Positions 1-9,166 of a DNA stretch of 32,000 bases are shown piece after piece. Location of the stretch: assembly GCA_021650915.1 (NCBI GenBank), contig CP091279.1, forward strand, positions 3,000,001-3,032,000, read 5' to 3'. Made by a program: the position numbers and the translations under genes. This DNA is from Candidatus Brocadia sp. Lineage in GTDB: Bacteria; Planctomycetota; Brocadiia; Brocadiales; Brocadiaceae. The notes under the pieces are model-generated. The model saw nothing but the letters and a program-made list of their open reading frames with translations, ran no database searches and was not told the DNA's origin. Position 1 is the stretch's first letter; the number at the start of each line of letters is the position of its first letter.

Positions 1-1
1 A

Positions 2-634
2 ATTCATTGGATTTCTCGCGCCCAATGGGCTGATTGCGAAGTCCTGGCCAACGACTACGCAGAGAAAAGAAGGGCTGAGGGAGTGAAGATTTTCGTGCTT
101 CCCGAGGGGGCGCATCACCCGTTGGCAGTGCCGGGGTCCCTGAGTCTTCTCGTTGATATTCTTCGCAATGAGCGGGAAGCTGGTGTTCGGTTTGACCACA
201 TTTTTATCGACTCCGGCACCGGTATGGTTGCACAATCTTTGCTGGCAGGGGCTACCGCCCTTGAAAAGAAATCACGGTTTCATGTCGTGGTCCTGGCGGG
301 TTCGTTTGATGATTTTCGGGCAGGATTATCCAGGGTTATGCAGTATGCCGAGTCGTTTCTTGGGGTGTCGCTCCGTTCTTTGCCTGATTATCGTATCTAC
401 TATCCTGCCAGCGCCCGATCATTTGGTAGCGCCAATAAGACGATCTTCAAGGAGATACAACGTATTGCAAGAGAGGATGGTATTCTTACCGACCCCGTAT
501 ACTCCGCCAAACTGTTTCTTACGGCACGTCACGTAATTCTCAACAGCCAATTGAAAGGGAATATCCTCCTCATTCACTCCGGTGGCGGATTGGCCCTAAC
601 GGGTTTTATGGATCATCCTCTGTTCACGGTATAG
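2..634 (+). CDS. PLP-dependent D-cysteine desulfhydrase / ACC deaminase family protein; 5' end lies outside the window
   Basis: The frame is open from base 2 with no stop before the listed ORF start at 83. The C-terminal block NILLIHSGGGLALTGF resembles the conserved IHTGG block at the C-terminus of DcyD/ACC deaminases. VLPEGA resembles the IPxGG block. Family assignment is from memory. Confidence 0.55.
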   Translation: MHWISRAQWADCEVLANDYAEKRRAEGVKIFVLPEGAHHPLAVPGSLSLLVDILRNEREAGVRFDHIFIDSGTGMVAQSLLAGATALEKKSRFHVVVLAGSFDDFRAGLSRVMQYAESFLGVSLRSLPDYRIYYPASARSFGSANKTIFKEIQRIAREDGILTDPVYSAKLFLTARHVILNSQLKGNILLIHSGGGLALTGFMDHPLFTV

Positions 635-853
635 AGAGGGCGCCTGAGGCCAGACCTTCACAGGCCGTCTGAGATGCAATCGGCAAATGAAATAGCAAAG
701 AAAGGAACTTGTGTGCAACTTAACTGCGATTGACAAACAAGTCAAGGAAAGGTTGCAATGTTTTCGTCAAAAGTATAATTTTGTATTTCAATAGTAGCGC
801 AAACACGTGGAGCAGATAGCACCAAAAGTAGGTCTCCATTATTAATGGTATGG

Positions 854-1019
854 GAATTTCGTAACACTTTAGTTTTTTGAAAAAGTAGGGGCGAAGCATT
901 TGCCGGCTTGGGGTGTGAATACATTTATGCCAATTTATGGCAAATGCTTCGCCCCTACACCGTGCGGTAACATCGTTATTATGGTAATTTTTCAAAAAAC
1001 TAAAGTGTTGCGGAATTTC
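854..1019. repeat. Composite palindromic intergenic element. About 31-bp terminal inverted repeats (854-884 / 988-1019) enclose a hairpin with a 20-bp stem (885-904 / 939-958).
   Basis: Read directly. GAATTTCGTAACACTTTAGTTTTTTGAAAAA is nearly the reverse complement of TTTTTCAAAAAACTAAAGTGTTGCGGAATTTC. GTAGGGGCGAAGCATTTGCC ... GGCAAATGCTTCGCCCCTAC is a perfect stem. The core 885-996 recurs at 26841-26952 in reverse orientation. Confidence 0.85.
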
Positions 1020-1119
1020 AAAGTGACGCTTTTCTCTCAAAGAATAAAGGGTGCTCCATTGAAAACATTCTTTTTCTCATGTCCCGCTGAAAATAAAAAC
1101 ATTACGAGGGACTTTCCCC

Positions 1120-1149
1120 TTGACATTTCATAAAGATTAACCGTATAAT
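1120..1149 (+). promoter_or_regulatory. Sigma70-type promoter candidate for the mreBCD-mrdA operon
   Basis: TTGACA (1120-1125), an 18-nt spacer, then TATAAT (1144-1149). It sits about 200 nt upstream of the mreB ATG. Confidence 0.5.
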
Positions 1150-1355
1150 TTTGCCGTTATTGTATTACCAAGTAACATCTTCCTTACTTTTAGCAAGTTT
1201 TTTTCACCCCCCCTTAGCCCGCCTTTGATAGGGGGGGAAGGATTTGGTTGTGGCTTTGCTGCCATTATGGTCTTCAGTTACTAACTATAAAACTTCAGCA
1301 CGTGTGAAAAACTGACCCTTAACAAAAAAATGCCCTCAAAAGAGAAAAGATCCGA

Positions 1356-2411
1356 ATGCACCCATTAGATTTTATATTAGGTTTCGTTTCCACAGACATG
1401 GGAATCGATCTTGGCACGGCAAACACCCTTGTTTGTATACCGGGACAAGGGATCGTGCTGTCGGAACCCTCGGTTGTTGCCGTGAAGCCAGGTACAAACA
1501 AAGTGCTTTTAAACGGGAATGCCGTGGGAAACGTTGCGAAGGCCATGCTGGAAAAGGCACCGAGCAGCATCTCCGTTATCCGCCCGCTCAAAAACGGCGT
1601 TATTGCGGACTTTGACATCACCGAGGCGATGCTCAAATATTTTATCACCCGGGTGCATAAACGGAAATGGGGTGTCCGACCCAGGGTACTGATTGCAATC
1701 CCGTCCGGTATTACCGCCGTGGAGAAACGGGCAGTCGTCAACTCCGCTGAGCGCGCCGGCGCAAGGGAGGTCTACCTGGTTTCCGAACCAAAGGCAGCGG
1801 CAATCGGCGTCGGCCTTCCGGTAGGTGAGCCAATAGCCAGTATGATTGTGGACATCGGGGGTGGAACCACCGAGGTGGCGGTTCTATCACTCGGTGATAT
1901 TTTTACTCATGAGAGTCTCAGGATTGCGGGAGATGAATTTGACGAATCGATCCTCCAATACATACGAAAAACCTACAACCTCGACATCGGGCACCGCACG
2001 TCGGAGCAAATAAAGATAGAAATCGGCTCTGCCTATCCTTTAGAAGAAGAACTCACGATGGAAATACGCGGGCGCGATGCCATCGCCGGTTTGCCCAGGG
2101 CGGCAACCATTACTTCTGAAGAGATCAGAGAGGCGTTAAAAGAGCCTATCGATAAGATTGTAGGCGCGGTAAAATCAGCCCTGGAAAGGACGGCGCCGGA
2201 ATTAGCTTCAGATTTAATAACCAATGGACTGGTCGTGGTAGGCGGGGGCGCATTGATCAGAGGCATGGACAAGCTGCTGATAGCAGAAACGGGTCTTCCG
2301 GTGCAAATAGGCAATGACCCTTTAACAGCCGTTGCAAGAGGAACGGGTTATCTCCTCGAAAACCTTGATCTATTTAAGTCTGTTCTGCAGGATGAGGACA
2401 TCCACCCCTAG
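1356..2411 (+). CDS. mreB: Rod shape-determining actin-like protein MreB
   Basis: 351-aa ORF. It has the N-terminal phosphate-1 motif GIDLGTANTLV, DIGGGTTEVAV, and C-terminal GGGALIRGMDKLL. It is followed by mreC and mreD. Confidence 0.95.
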   Translation: MHPLDFILGFVSTDMGIDLGTANTLVCIPGQGIVLSEPSVVAVKPGTNKVLLNGNAVGNVAKAMLEKAPSSISVIRPLKNGVIADFDITEAMLKYFITRVHKRKWGVRPRVLIAIPSGITAVEKRAVVNSAERAGAREVYLVSEPKAAAIGVGLPVGEPIASMIVDIGGGTTEVAVLSLGDIFTHESLRIAGDEFDESILQYIRKTYNLDIGHRTSEQIKIEIGSAYPLEEELTMEIRGRDAIAGLPRAATITSEEIREALKEPIDKIVGAVKSALERTAPELASDLITNGLVVVGGGALIRGMDKLLIAETGLPVQIGNDPLTAVARGTGYLLENLDLFKSVLQDEDIHP

Positions 2412-3228
2412 TTTCAGCAATCTCATTAAGCATCCCCTTGCAACAATAATTACCCTGTTCGTAATATCTCTGGCTCTGTTGTTTTTGCCACCAAACGTTT
2501 CATGCCGCATAAAGATGACCTGCGCTTCCCCGATGAGACCATTCCAGTGGGCAACGTGTTTTTGCAGCAACAAAGCCAGCGTCTTTCTTGATAAAGTGAT
2601 CTCCGCATTCCATGACGCGCACGGAAAAAAACACCTGGAAGAACAAGTCATGCGGTACAAAAATAAACTCGTTGAGCAACAGGACCTCCTTTTCAAATTG
2701 CAGAATAAATTGCATACCCTCTCAAAATTCCGCGCTGAAAATACCACGACGAAAAAAATGCCGGTACCTGCGGATATTATTGGATACGATGCATCAAACT
2801 TCAGGAAAAGTATAACGATCAACGTCGGCTCAAAACAAGGGGTAAAACCCAACGATATTGTCGTTGCGGATAATGCGCTTGTCGGGAAGATTACTGCCGT
2901 CAATGGAAGAAACAGCGTAGTTCAACTTATCACAGACCCCGCGATACGTATACCGGGGCGGGTTGTTCAAACGCGCGAGCAGGTAATTGTTGAGGGAAAT
3001 GCGACTGCCTTTTGCAGATTAAAATATGCACCGCGCTGGGCAAAGCTGAAAAAAGGAGACGTTATTGTCACCTCTGACATCGGGGGGCTGTATCCGCCTT
3101 CTTTACCGATTGCCACCGTCGTGGAACATGAGATGAAAAGCGGCGCACTCTTTCAATCGGTAAAGGCATTGCCCCGGGTAAATATCTCGAAAATTGAGAG
3201 TGTGCTTGTTCTTGTCAATGAGTCCTGA
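2392..3228 (+). CDS. mreC: Rod shape-determining protein MreC
   Basis: Position directly after mreB. It has an N-terminal TM helix (LATIITLFVISLALLFLPP), a coiled-coil segment, then beta-rich repeats (GVKPNDIVVADNALVGKITAV). I prefer the ATG at 2392 (MRTSTP) over the ORF-track start at 2332, which lies deep inside mreB. Confidence 0.8.
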   Translation: MRTSTPSFSNLIKHPLATIITLFVISLALLFLPPNVSCRIKMTCASPMRPFQWATCFCSNKASVFLDKVISAFHDAHGKKHLEEQVMRYKNKLVEQQDLLFKLQNKLHTLSKFRAENTTTKKMPVPADIIGYDASNFRKSITINVGSKQGVKPNDIVVADNALVGKITAVNGRNSVVQLITDPAIRIPGRVVQTREQVIVEGNATAFCRLKYAPRWAKLKKGDVIVTSDIGGLYPPSLPIATVVEHEMKSGALFQSVKALPRVNISKIESVLVLVNES

Positions 3229-3287
3229 GCGCCCTTACCAGGACGAGCCGGAAAAGACAAAGTCCGGAGCACGAAAATCGTGCATCA

Positions 3288-3372
3288 AACCCCGGCGGGG
3301 TTAATTTCAGTTTTTAAAAAAACTTCATTATGAATAATAGCGTAGGGGGGAGGTCTGAAACCCGCCCCTACG
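3288..3372. repeat. Two GC-rich hairpins of the intergenic repeat family, located in the mreC-mreD spacer
   Basis: AACCCCGGCGGGGTT (3288-3302) and CGTAGGGGGGAGGTCTGAAACCCGCCCCTACG (3341-3372). The same GTAGGGG...CCCCTAC and AACCCCnnnGGGGTT stems occur at 885-958, 11671-11700 and 27010-27067. Confidence 0.6.
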
Positions 3373-3389
3373 CAGTGAGGAATATCTGA

Positions 3390-3890
3390 ATGCGCTGGTT
3401 TACCTTTTTTTGTATGCTGTTCTGTATCTCCCTCTTTCAATCCACCCTGATGTCCTGGATTAATCTTGGGTCAGCGGCGCCCGACCTGTACTTTCCCTTC
3501 GTGGTGTTTTATGCATTTCTTACGGATGTGAAGCGAAATACCCTCGCAAATTGGTTGACGGGTATATCAAAAGACTTATTGTCGGAAGGAAGTTTTGGAA
3601 TCAATTCCGTTTTTTTTGTCGCAATAGGCTTTTTCCTTTGGTCATTTCGGGAAATACTCTTCAGAGGACATGTGGTCACCCAAATCCTTATTACCTTTAT
3701 CTTCTCGGTCATATACAACATCGTATACACCATCCACCTGGAAATCTCCTTTCATTCCCTCTGTCTGGCGCCAACACTCCGGATGATCCTTTGCTGTTCT
3801 TTCTACACGGCGATGGTGGTCCCGGCGCTGTTCTGGATATTCAACAAATTTCAGCCTACCCAGAAACTTTTTTTCATCAAGGGTAATTAG
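3390..3890 (+). CDS. mreD: Rod shape-determining protein MreD (polytopic membrane protein)
   Basis: A 166-aa, very hydrophobic ORF between mreC and PBP2. The assignment rests on synteny. Confidence 0.7.
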   Translation: MRWFTFFCMLFCISLFQSTLMSWINLGSAAPDLYFPFVVFYAFLTDVKRNTLANWLTGISKDLLSEGSFGINSVFFVAIGFFLWSFREILFRGHVVTQILITFIFSVIYNIVYTIHLEISFHSLCLAPTLRMILCCSFYTAMVVPALFWIFNKFQPTQKLFFIKGN

Positions 3891-3893
3891 CTT

Positions 3894-5822
3894 ATGTTTT
3901 CTTTCCGTTTCAAGACAATATTTATTCTTTTTATTTTGTTTTTTGTCTGCATCATTGTCCGGCTCTTTCAGCTCCAGATTGTCGAAAGCGACAAATACAA
4001 AGGCATCTCAAAAACCCGTCGCATCGCCACCCATCCCCTGGATTCAACACGGGGTTCGATTTTCGACAGAAACGGGAATATCCTGGCCATCGACCAGCAC
4101 ACCTTTGACATATCTGTGAATTACAAGAACCTGCTCTATTGCTCTATAACGCTCATGAAAAAAACCATTCCACGAATTACCGGACTGGAAGTGCACAAGC
4201 AGACAAAAAAATCGTGCCGTGATTGCCATGCAAATCAGGATATCTGGTTGAAAAAACTATCCCATCTGCTGAATATTCCGCAAGTGAAGTTATTAGAATG
4301 TACAGGCCAGGCAATCGAAAAAGTCGAGAAATTAAAGCAGAATATGGAACAAAAATACGGCAGGGCAATCCGCATAAAAGAAGAAACAGATTTTTATCCC
4401 ATTGTTTCAGAAGTTGACTGGGAAAAGATTATTCAAATAGAGACAAAGCAAGATGATTTTCCCGGCATACGTGTTACTCCCCGGCCGGAAAGAATTTATC
4501 CGGAGCAAACGCTCGCCTCACACATCTTAGGGTATATAGGAAAACTTACCGCGGACGAATGGCAGGCACAGAGCGATAAATGGAATAATTTCATCCTCGC
4601 TTCCAGCAGCGCCGGCCACGAAACCATGTCGCTGCTCTATGACGGCTATGCTGAAAATGACATGATCGGCAGAACGGGGGTCGAGGCATACTACGAAGAC
4701 GAATTGCATGGATTGCGAGGCAAGAGATTTGAAGAAATTACCTGCAAAAACACCCAGATTGAAAAAGTCGTGCTGGAAAGGCCTCCCGTTCCTGGAAACG
4801 ACCTTTATCTCACCATCGACAGCCAAATTCAGGCCCATGCAGAAAAATCACTTGGTACAAATTCAGGCGCTATTATCGTTATGAACCCCTGGACAGGCGA
4901 AATAGTCGCCATGGCCAGCAACCCACGCTTTAATCCCAATACGGTTGAAAAGGACTTTCGCAAACTGAACAAGCACCCCTCAAAGCCCTTTCTCAACCGT
5001 GCCATACAGGGGGCATTGCCGCCAGGATCCATTTTCAAAGTGATTACGACAACCGCAGCCCTGAGTTCAAATAGAATAACAACCCAAACGACCTTTGAGT
5101 GTCCGGGTTATATCAGATATAAGAATATCCTTTTTCGATGCTGGTCGGAGTATGGCCACGGATTGGTTACCGCCGAGGACGCTATTCCCTATTCCTGCAA
5201 CGTATTTTTCTTTGAGACGGCAAAGATGCTTCCCGGGGAGACGTTATACTCATGGGCAAAAAAGTTTGGTATTGGCGAGAAGACAGGCATTGACCTTCCC
5301 CATGAAAAGGCTGGCAATATACCAAAATTAGCCACCACTGCTTCGACCATGAACGTTGCCATCGGGCAGGGGGCGTTGCTTACCACGCCGCTTCAGCTGG
5401 CACGGGTGTATGCGGCCATAGCAAACGGCGGGACGTTAGTGCAGCCCCATATTCTCTTAAAAATTACCAATAGCCAGGGGGAAACCGTTCGGACCTTTCA
5501 ATCGAAAAATATCCAGAAACTCTCCGTGTCGCCTGATATTATCAACATGTTGCGCACCTCCTTGCAGGAGGTTGTCAGCCGCGGCACTGCTAAAGGCAAG
5601 GGACTGGATGTCTATAAGGTCGCCGGTAAAACAGGCACGGCCGAAACCGGACGTCATAAAGACAACCATGCCTGGTTTGTTGGTTACGCACCCTATGATA
5701 ACCCGGAATACTGTTTTGTCATCCTCGTGGAACACACACCGGGACATGGCGGAGACGTTGCGGGGCCTATTGCCAGAGAACTTATGACACTGTTGTTTCC
5801 GGAAATAGACGCGGCTTCATAG
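3894..5822 (+). CDS. mrdA: Penicillin-binding protein 2 (elongasome transpeptidase)
   Basis: 642 aa with an N-terminal TM anchor. It carries the transpeptidase motifs SxxK (GSIFK), SxN (YSCN) and KTG (KTGTA). It lies downstream of mreBCD. Confidence 0.9.
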   Translation: MFSFRFKTIFILFILFFVCIIVRLFQLQIVESDKYKGISKTRRIATHPLDSTRGSIFDRNGNILAIDQHTFDISVNYKNLLYCSITLMKKTIPRITGLEVHKQTKKSCRDCHANQDIWLKKLSHLLNIPQVKLLECTGQAIEKVEKLKQNMEQKYGRAIRIKEETDFYPIVSEVDWEKIIQIETKQDDFPGIRVTPRPERIYPEQTLASHILGYIGKLTADEWQAQSDKWNNFILASSSAGHETMSLLYDGYAENDMIGRTGVEAYYEDELHGLRGKRFEEITCKNTQIEKVVLERPPVPGNDLYLTIDSQIQAHAEKSLGTNSGAIIVMNPWTGEIVAMASNPRFNPNTVEKDFRKLNKHPSKPFLNRAIQGALPPGSIFKVITTTAALSSNRITTQTTFECPGYIRYKNILFRCWSEYGHGLVTAEDAIPYSCNVFFFETAKMLPGETLYSWAKKFGIGEKTGIDLPHEKAGNIPKLATTASTMNVAIGQGALLTTPLQLARVYAAIANGGTLVQPHILLKITNSQGETVRTFQSKNIQKLSVSPDIINMLRTSLQEVVSRGTAKGKGLDVYKVAGKTGTAETGRHKDNHAWFVGYAPYDNPEYCFVILVEHTPGHGGDVAGPIARELMTLLFPEIDAAS

Positions 5823-6063
5823 AATTGTGATATCAGACCTTCGGCGACTTTTCGCGTCTGGTTCAATCGTGCAGACGGAACCAGATGTTCTGCTTGGCAC
5901 GCATGGTCATGACCTGTGCAATAATAAAAAATCATGCCAAACGTTTTGGCTCAATCGTGGACGATTGAACCGGCCAAAGGCACTGCCGAAGATCTGATTT
6001 ATTACGCGATATACCTCATTTTTCTCGCGGTAATACGAGGTTTTAAGAAAGGGGGGTAAACCC

Positions 6064-6933
6064 ATGAAAGGTATCGTCCTTGCCGGAGGCAGGGCAACAC
6101 GGCTGTATCCCGTAACGAAGGCGGTTTGCAAACAACTGCTTCCCGTTTACGACAAGCCCATGATCTATTATCCTTTGTCAGTTCTGATGCTGGCAGGAAT
6201 ACGGGATATCCTGATCATTTCTTCCCCTGAGGCGCTGCCCAGATTCAGAGATTTATTGGGCGACGGGACCGATTATGGAATAGATCTCCGGTATGCGGAA
6301 CAATGCAAACCGCGGGGGCTGGCGGACGCCTTTCTCGTTGGTGAACATTTTATCGGCAACGACAAGGTCTGCCTTGTATTAGGCGACAATATCTTTTTTG
6401 GCCACGGTCTTTCAGAGATGTTAAAAGCAGCCGCCCTGGGAAAAGAAGGGGCCACCGTCTTTGGGTATTACGTGAAGGACCCTCAACGATACGGAGTTAT
6501 TGAATTCGATAAGGATCACCAGGCAATCTCCATTGAGGAAAAGCCTGCACAGCCAAGATCACATTGGGCTGTTACAGGACTTTATTTTTATGATAATGCC
6601 GTAGTCGGACTCGCAAAGGACGTCAAACCGTCAAAAAGAGGTGAATTGGAGATTACCGATATCAACAATGCGTACCTCCTGAAAAAACAATTAAACGTGC
6701 AACTCATGGGGCGTGGCTATGCCTGGCTTGATACCGGAACGTACGACTCTCTCATTGATGCGTCACTCTTTATCAAAACGATTGAGGAGAGACAGGGACT
6801 TAAGATTGGCTGTATTGAAGAGGTTGCTTACCGGATGGGCTTTATTAACGCCGGCCAGGTGAATAAATTGGCAAGCCAGATCAATACCAGCTACGGCGAA
6901 TATTTAAAAAAGATTTTGCTCGAGGAAGAGTAA
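6064..6933 (+). CDS. rmlA: Glucose-1-phosphate thymidylyltransferase
   Basis: N-terminus [55 protein letters not shown] is the classic RmlA signature. An RBS (AAGGGGGG) lies upstream. Confidence 0.95.
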   Translation: MKGIVLAGGRATRLYPVTKAVCKQLLPVYDKPMIYYPLSVLMLAGIRDILIISSPEALPRFRDLLGDGTDYGIDLRYAEQCKPRGLADAFLVGEHFIGNDKVCLVLGDNIFFGHGLSEMLKAAALGKEGATVFGYYVKDPQRYGVIEFDKDHQAISIEEKPAQPRSHWAVTGLYFYDNAVVGLAKDVKPSKRGELEITDINNAYLLKKQLNVQLMGRGYAWLDTGTYDSLIDASLFIKTIEERQGLKIGCIEEVAYRMGFINAGQVNKLASQINTSYGEYLKKILLEEE

Positions 6934-6934
6934 C

Positions 6935-7495
6935 ATGCCCTTCTCTTTTAAAAAACTTGCGATACCAGAGGTGCTTCTCATTGAACCTGCGGTATTTCCG
7001 GATACCAGGGGGGCTTTTGCAGAACTGTACAAGTATCCCGACTTTTTTCGCGCCGGCATACCAAAACAGATCGTTCAGATCAACTACTCAAGGTCAGACA
7101 GGTATGTCCTGAGAGGACTCCATTACCAGAAAAACCCCATGGCGCAGGGGAAAATTATGAGCGTCCTGTCGGGCGAGATATTCGATGTTGCTGTGGATAT
7201 ACGGCAAGGATCGCCCTCGTACCGAAAGTGGGTTTGTGAAACCTTATCATCGGCAAATATGAAAATGCTGTATATCCCCGAAGGTTTTGCGCATGGATTC
7301 TGCGTGCTCTCTGAAAAAGCGGAAATCACCTATCAATGCACCAATACCTATTCACCGGAGCATGAGCGGGGCATTCTCTGGAACGACCCTGATTTAGCTA
7401 TACCATGGCCTCTGAACCATCCGCTTTTATCAGAGAAAGACGGCCGATTCCCCCCGTTAAAAAATGCGGATAATAATTTTGTGTACGGCATGTGA
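6935..7495 (+). CDS. rmlC: dTDP-4-dehydrorhamnose 3,5-epimerase
   Basis: 186 aa, cupin-type. Motifs are FPDTRGAFAELY and LRGLHYQ. There is a 1-nt gap after rmlA. Confidence 0.9.
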   Translation: MPFSFKKLAIPEVLLIEPAVFPDTRGAFAELYKYPDFFRAGIPKQIVQINYSRSDRYVLRGLHYQKNPMAQGKIMSVLSGEIFDVAVDIRQGSPSYRKWVCETLSSANMKMLYIPEGFAHGFCVLSEKAEITYQCTNTYSPEHERGILWNDPDLAIPWPLNHPLLSEKDGRFPPLKNADNNFVYGM

Positions 7496-7509
7496 ACCTC
7501 CACGGAGAT

Positions 7510-9045
7510 TCATTTCCACAGACCCCTGTCCAGGTTTCGGTACTGTATTGCTTCTGATACATGCTCCGGCTTTATCAGCCCACTTTCATCCAGGTCGGCA
7601 ATCGTACGGGCAACCTTGAGAATCTTACTGTAGCCCCGGGCGGAAAGCCCCAATTCGGTCATTGCCTGATGAAGCAACACTTCTGCGGTTTTTTCCACAA
7701 CACAGTATTTTTTGATGTGCCTGGAAGACATATGCGCGTTCACCATGATTGCCTGATCCCGAAACCGTTCTTTTTGCATCGTGCGGGCTACCGCAATTTT
7801 TTCCCGTATCTCTTTTGATGATTGTGCATCCTTCTCTGAAACAAGCTCGCGGTACCGGACAGACGGCACTTCTATCTGAATGTCAATCCTATCCAATAAT
7901 GGCCCCGAAACCTTTGACATGTACGTCTGGATTTGATGAGGCGTGCAACGGCACACCTTCTGATGATCGGTGAAAAAGCCACACGGGCAGGGATTGAGCG
8001 CCAAACAAACAAAAAATTGGGCCGGATAGGTGACGGAACTCATGGCTCGTGAAATCGTCACACAACCTGTTTCAAGCGGTTGCCTGAGCACCTCGATCGT
8101 TTTTCGGTCAAATTCCGGAAGTTCATCCAGAAACAATACCCCATTGTGGGAAAGGCTAATTTCGCCTGGCCGTGGAAATGAACCCCCCCCGATTAATCCG
8201 GCAGTGCTGATTGTATGATGGGGCGCACGGAAGGGTCTCGTTACAATCAACGACTGCCCCGGCGGAAGAAGTCCCACAACGCTATAAATCTTTGTTGTTT
8301 CTAAAGCCTCTTCCAGGGTAAGGGATGGCATGATGGTAGGAATACGCTGTGCAAGCATGGTCTTGCCTGCCCCTGGCGGCCCTACCATGATAACGTTATG
8401 ATTTCCCGCAACGGCAACCGTCAGCGCCCTTTTGGCATGTTCCTGTCCTTTTACGTCTGCATAATCAACGTCATACCCGGAAGATTCCCTGAACACCGTG
8501 CTCAGTTCAACTTTACAGGGAACAGCAGGAAGTGCTGCGGTTAAAATACCTACGGTATCAGCAAGGGTTTTGACCGGAATCGTGTCGATGCCGTCAATAA
8601 CAGCCGCCTCAGATGCATTTTCCGATGGCACGAGAAATTTTTTTATTCCCATCTCCTTGCACTTAAATGCCATGGATAAACAACCCTTGACCGGGCGGAG
8701 CTTGCCGTCGAGAGATAATTCACCGACAATAGCGTACTCCTGGACATCGGACACCTTAATTTGTTTCGTTGCGATAAGGATGCCGATTGCTATGGGCAAT
8801 TCAAAGACCGGCCCCTCCTTCTTGCGGTCTGCCGGGGCAAGATTGATAGTCATGGGCCCATAGGGAAACCGGTAACCGCTATTATTGATGGCCGCTTTGA
8901 CACGATCGCGGCTTTCTTTCACCGCCGTATCCGGCAACCCAACGATGGCAATATACGGCATATCACCCGTGGCAATATAAACTTCAATATCCAGGAGATA
9001 CGCATCAATACCAAAAACAGCTACGCTTTTGACTTTTGCCAGCAT
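7510..9045 (-). CDS. comM: Mg-chelatase-like AAA+ ATPase ComM/YifB
   Basis: 511 aa. It has an N-terminal Lon-protease-like domain (VFGIDAYLLDIEV), Walker A GPPGAGKT, and the C-terminal Mg_chelatase_C-like region. Confidence 0.9.
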   Translation of the reverse strand: MLAKVKSVAVFGIDAYLLDIEVYIATGDMPYIAIVGLPDTAVKESRDRVKAAINNSGYRFPYGPMTINLAPADRKKEGPVFELPIAIGILIATKQIKVSDVQEYAIVGELSLDGKLRPVKGCLSMAFKCKEMGIKKFLVPSENASEAAVIDGIDTIPVKTLADTVGILTAALPAVPCKVELSTVFRESSGYDVDYADVKGQEHAKRALTVAVAGNHNVIMVGPPGAGKTMLAQRIPTIMPSLTLEEALETTKIYSVVGLLPPGQSLIVTRPFRAPHHTISTAGLIGGGSFPRPGEISLSHNGVLFLDELPEFDRKTIEVLRQPLETGCVTISRAMSSVTYPAQFFVCLALNPCPCGFFTDHQKVCRCTPHQIQTYMSKVSGPLLDRIDIQIEVPSVRYRELVSEKDAQSSKEIREKIAVARTMQKERFRDQAIMVNAHMSSRHIKKYCVVEKTAEVLLHQAMTELGLSARGYSKILKVARTIADLDESGLIKPEHVSEAIQYRNLDRGLWK

Positions 9046-9166
9046 GAAGTAGATACCAATGGCCGTCGAATAATGAATATGCTGCCTTCGGCAGCGACGC
9101 TGGAACTCCTCCCGAAGACCGCCGTTTTTCGCTTATCCGGAAAAATGCAAAGAAAAACGCGTTATG

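Noticed and set aside
720-1133. ORF-track entries 720..1040(-), 742..924(-) and 900..1133(+) between the DcyD-like gene and mreB
   Set aside because: They are translated straight through the palindromic repeat element at 854-1019. The same 'peptides' appear on both strands because the DNA is self-complementary. There is no RBS and no family resemblance, so I treat them as non-coding repeat DNA.
2332-2391. The ORF-track start of mreC at 2332
   Set aside because: It would overlap mreB by 80 nt and add a non-conserved N-terminus. The ATG at 2392 precedes the expected TM anchor and overlaps mreB by only 20 nt.
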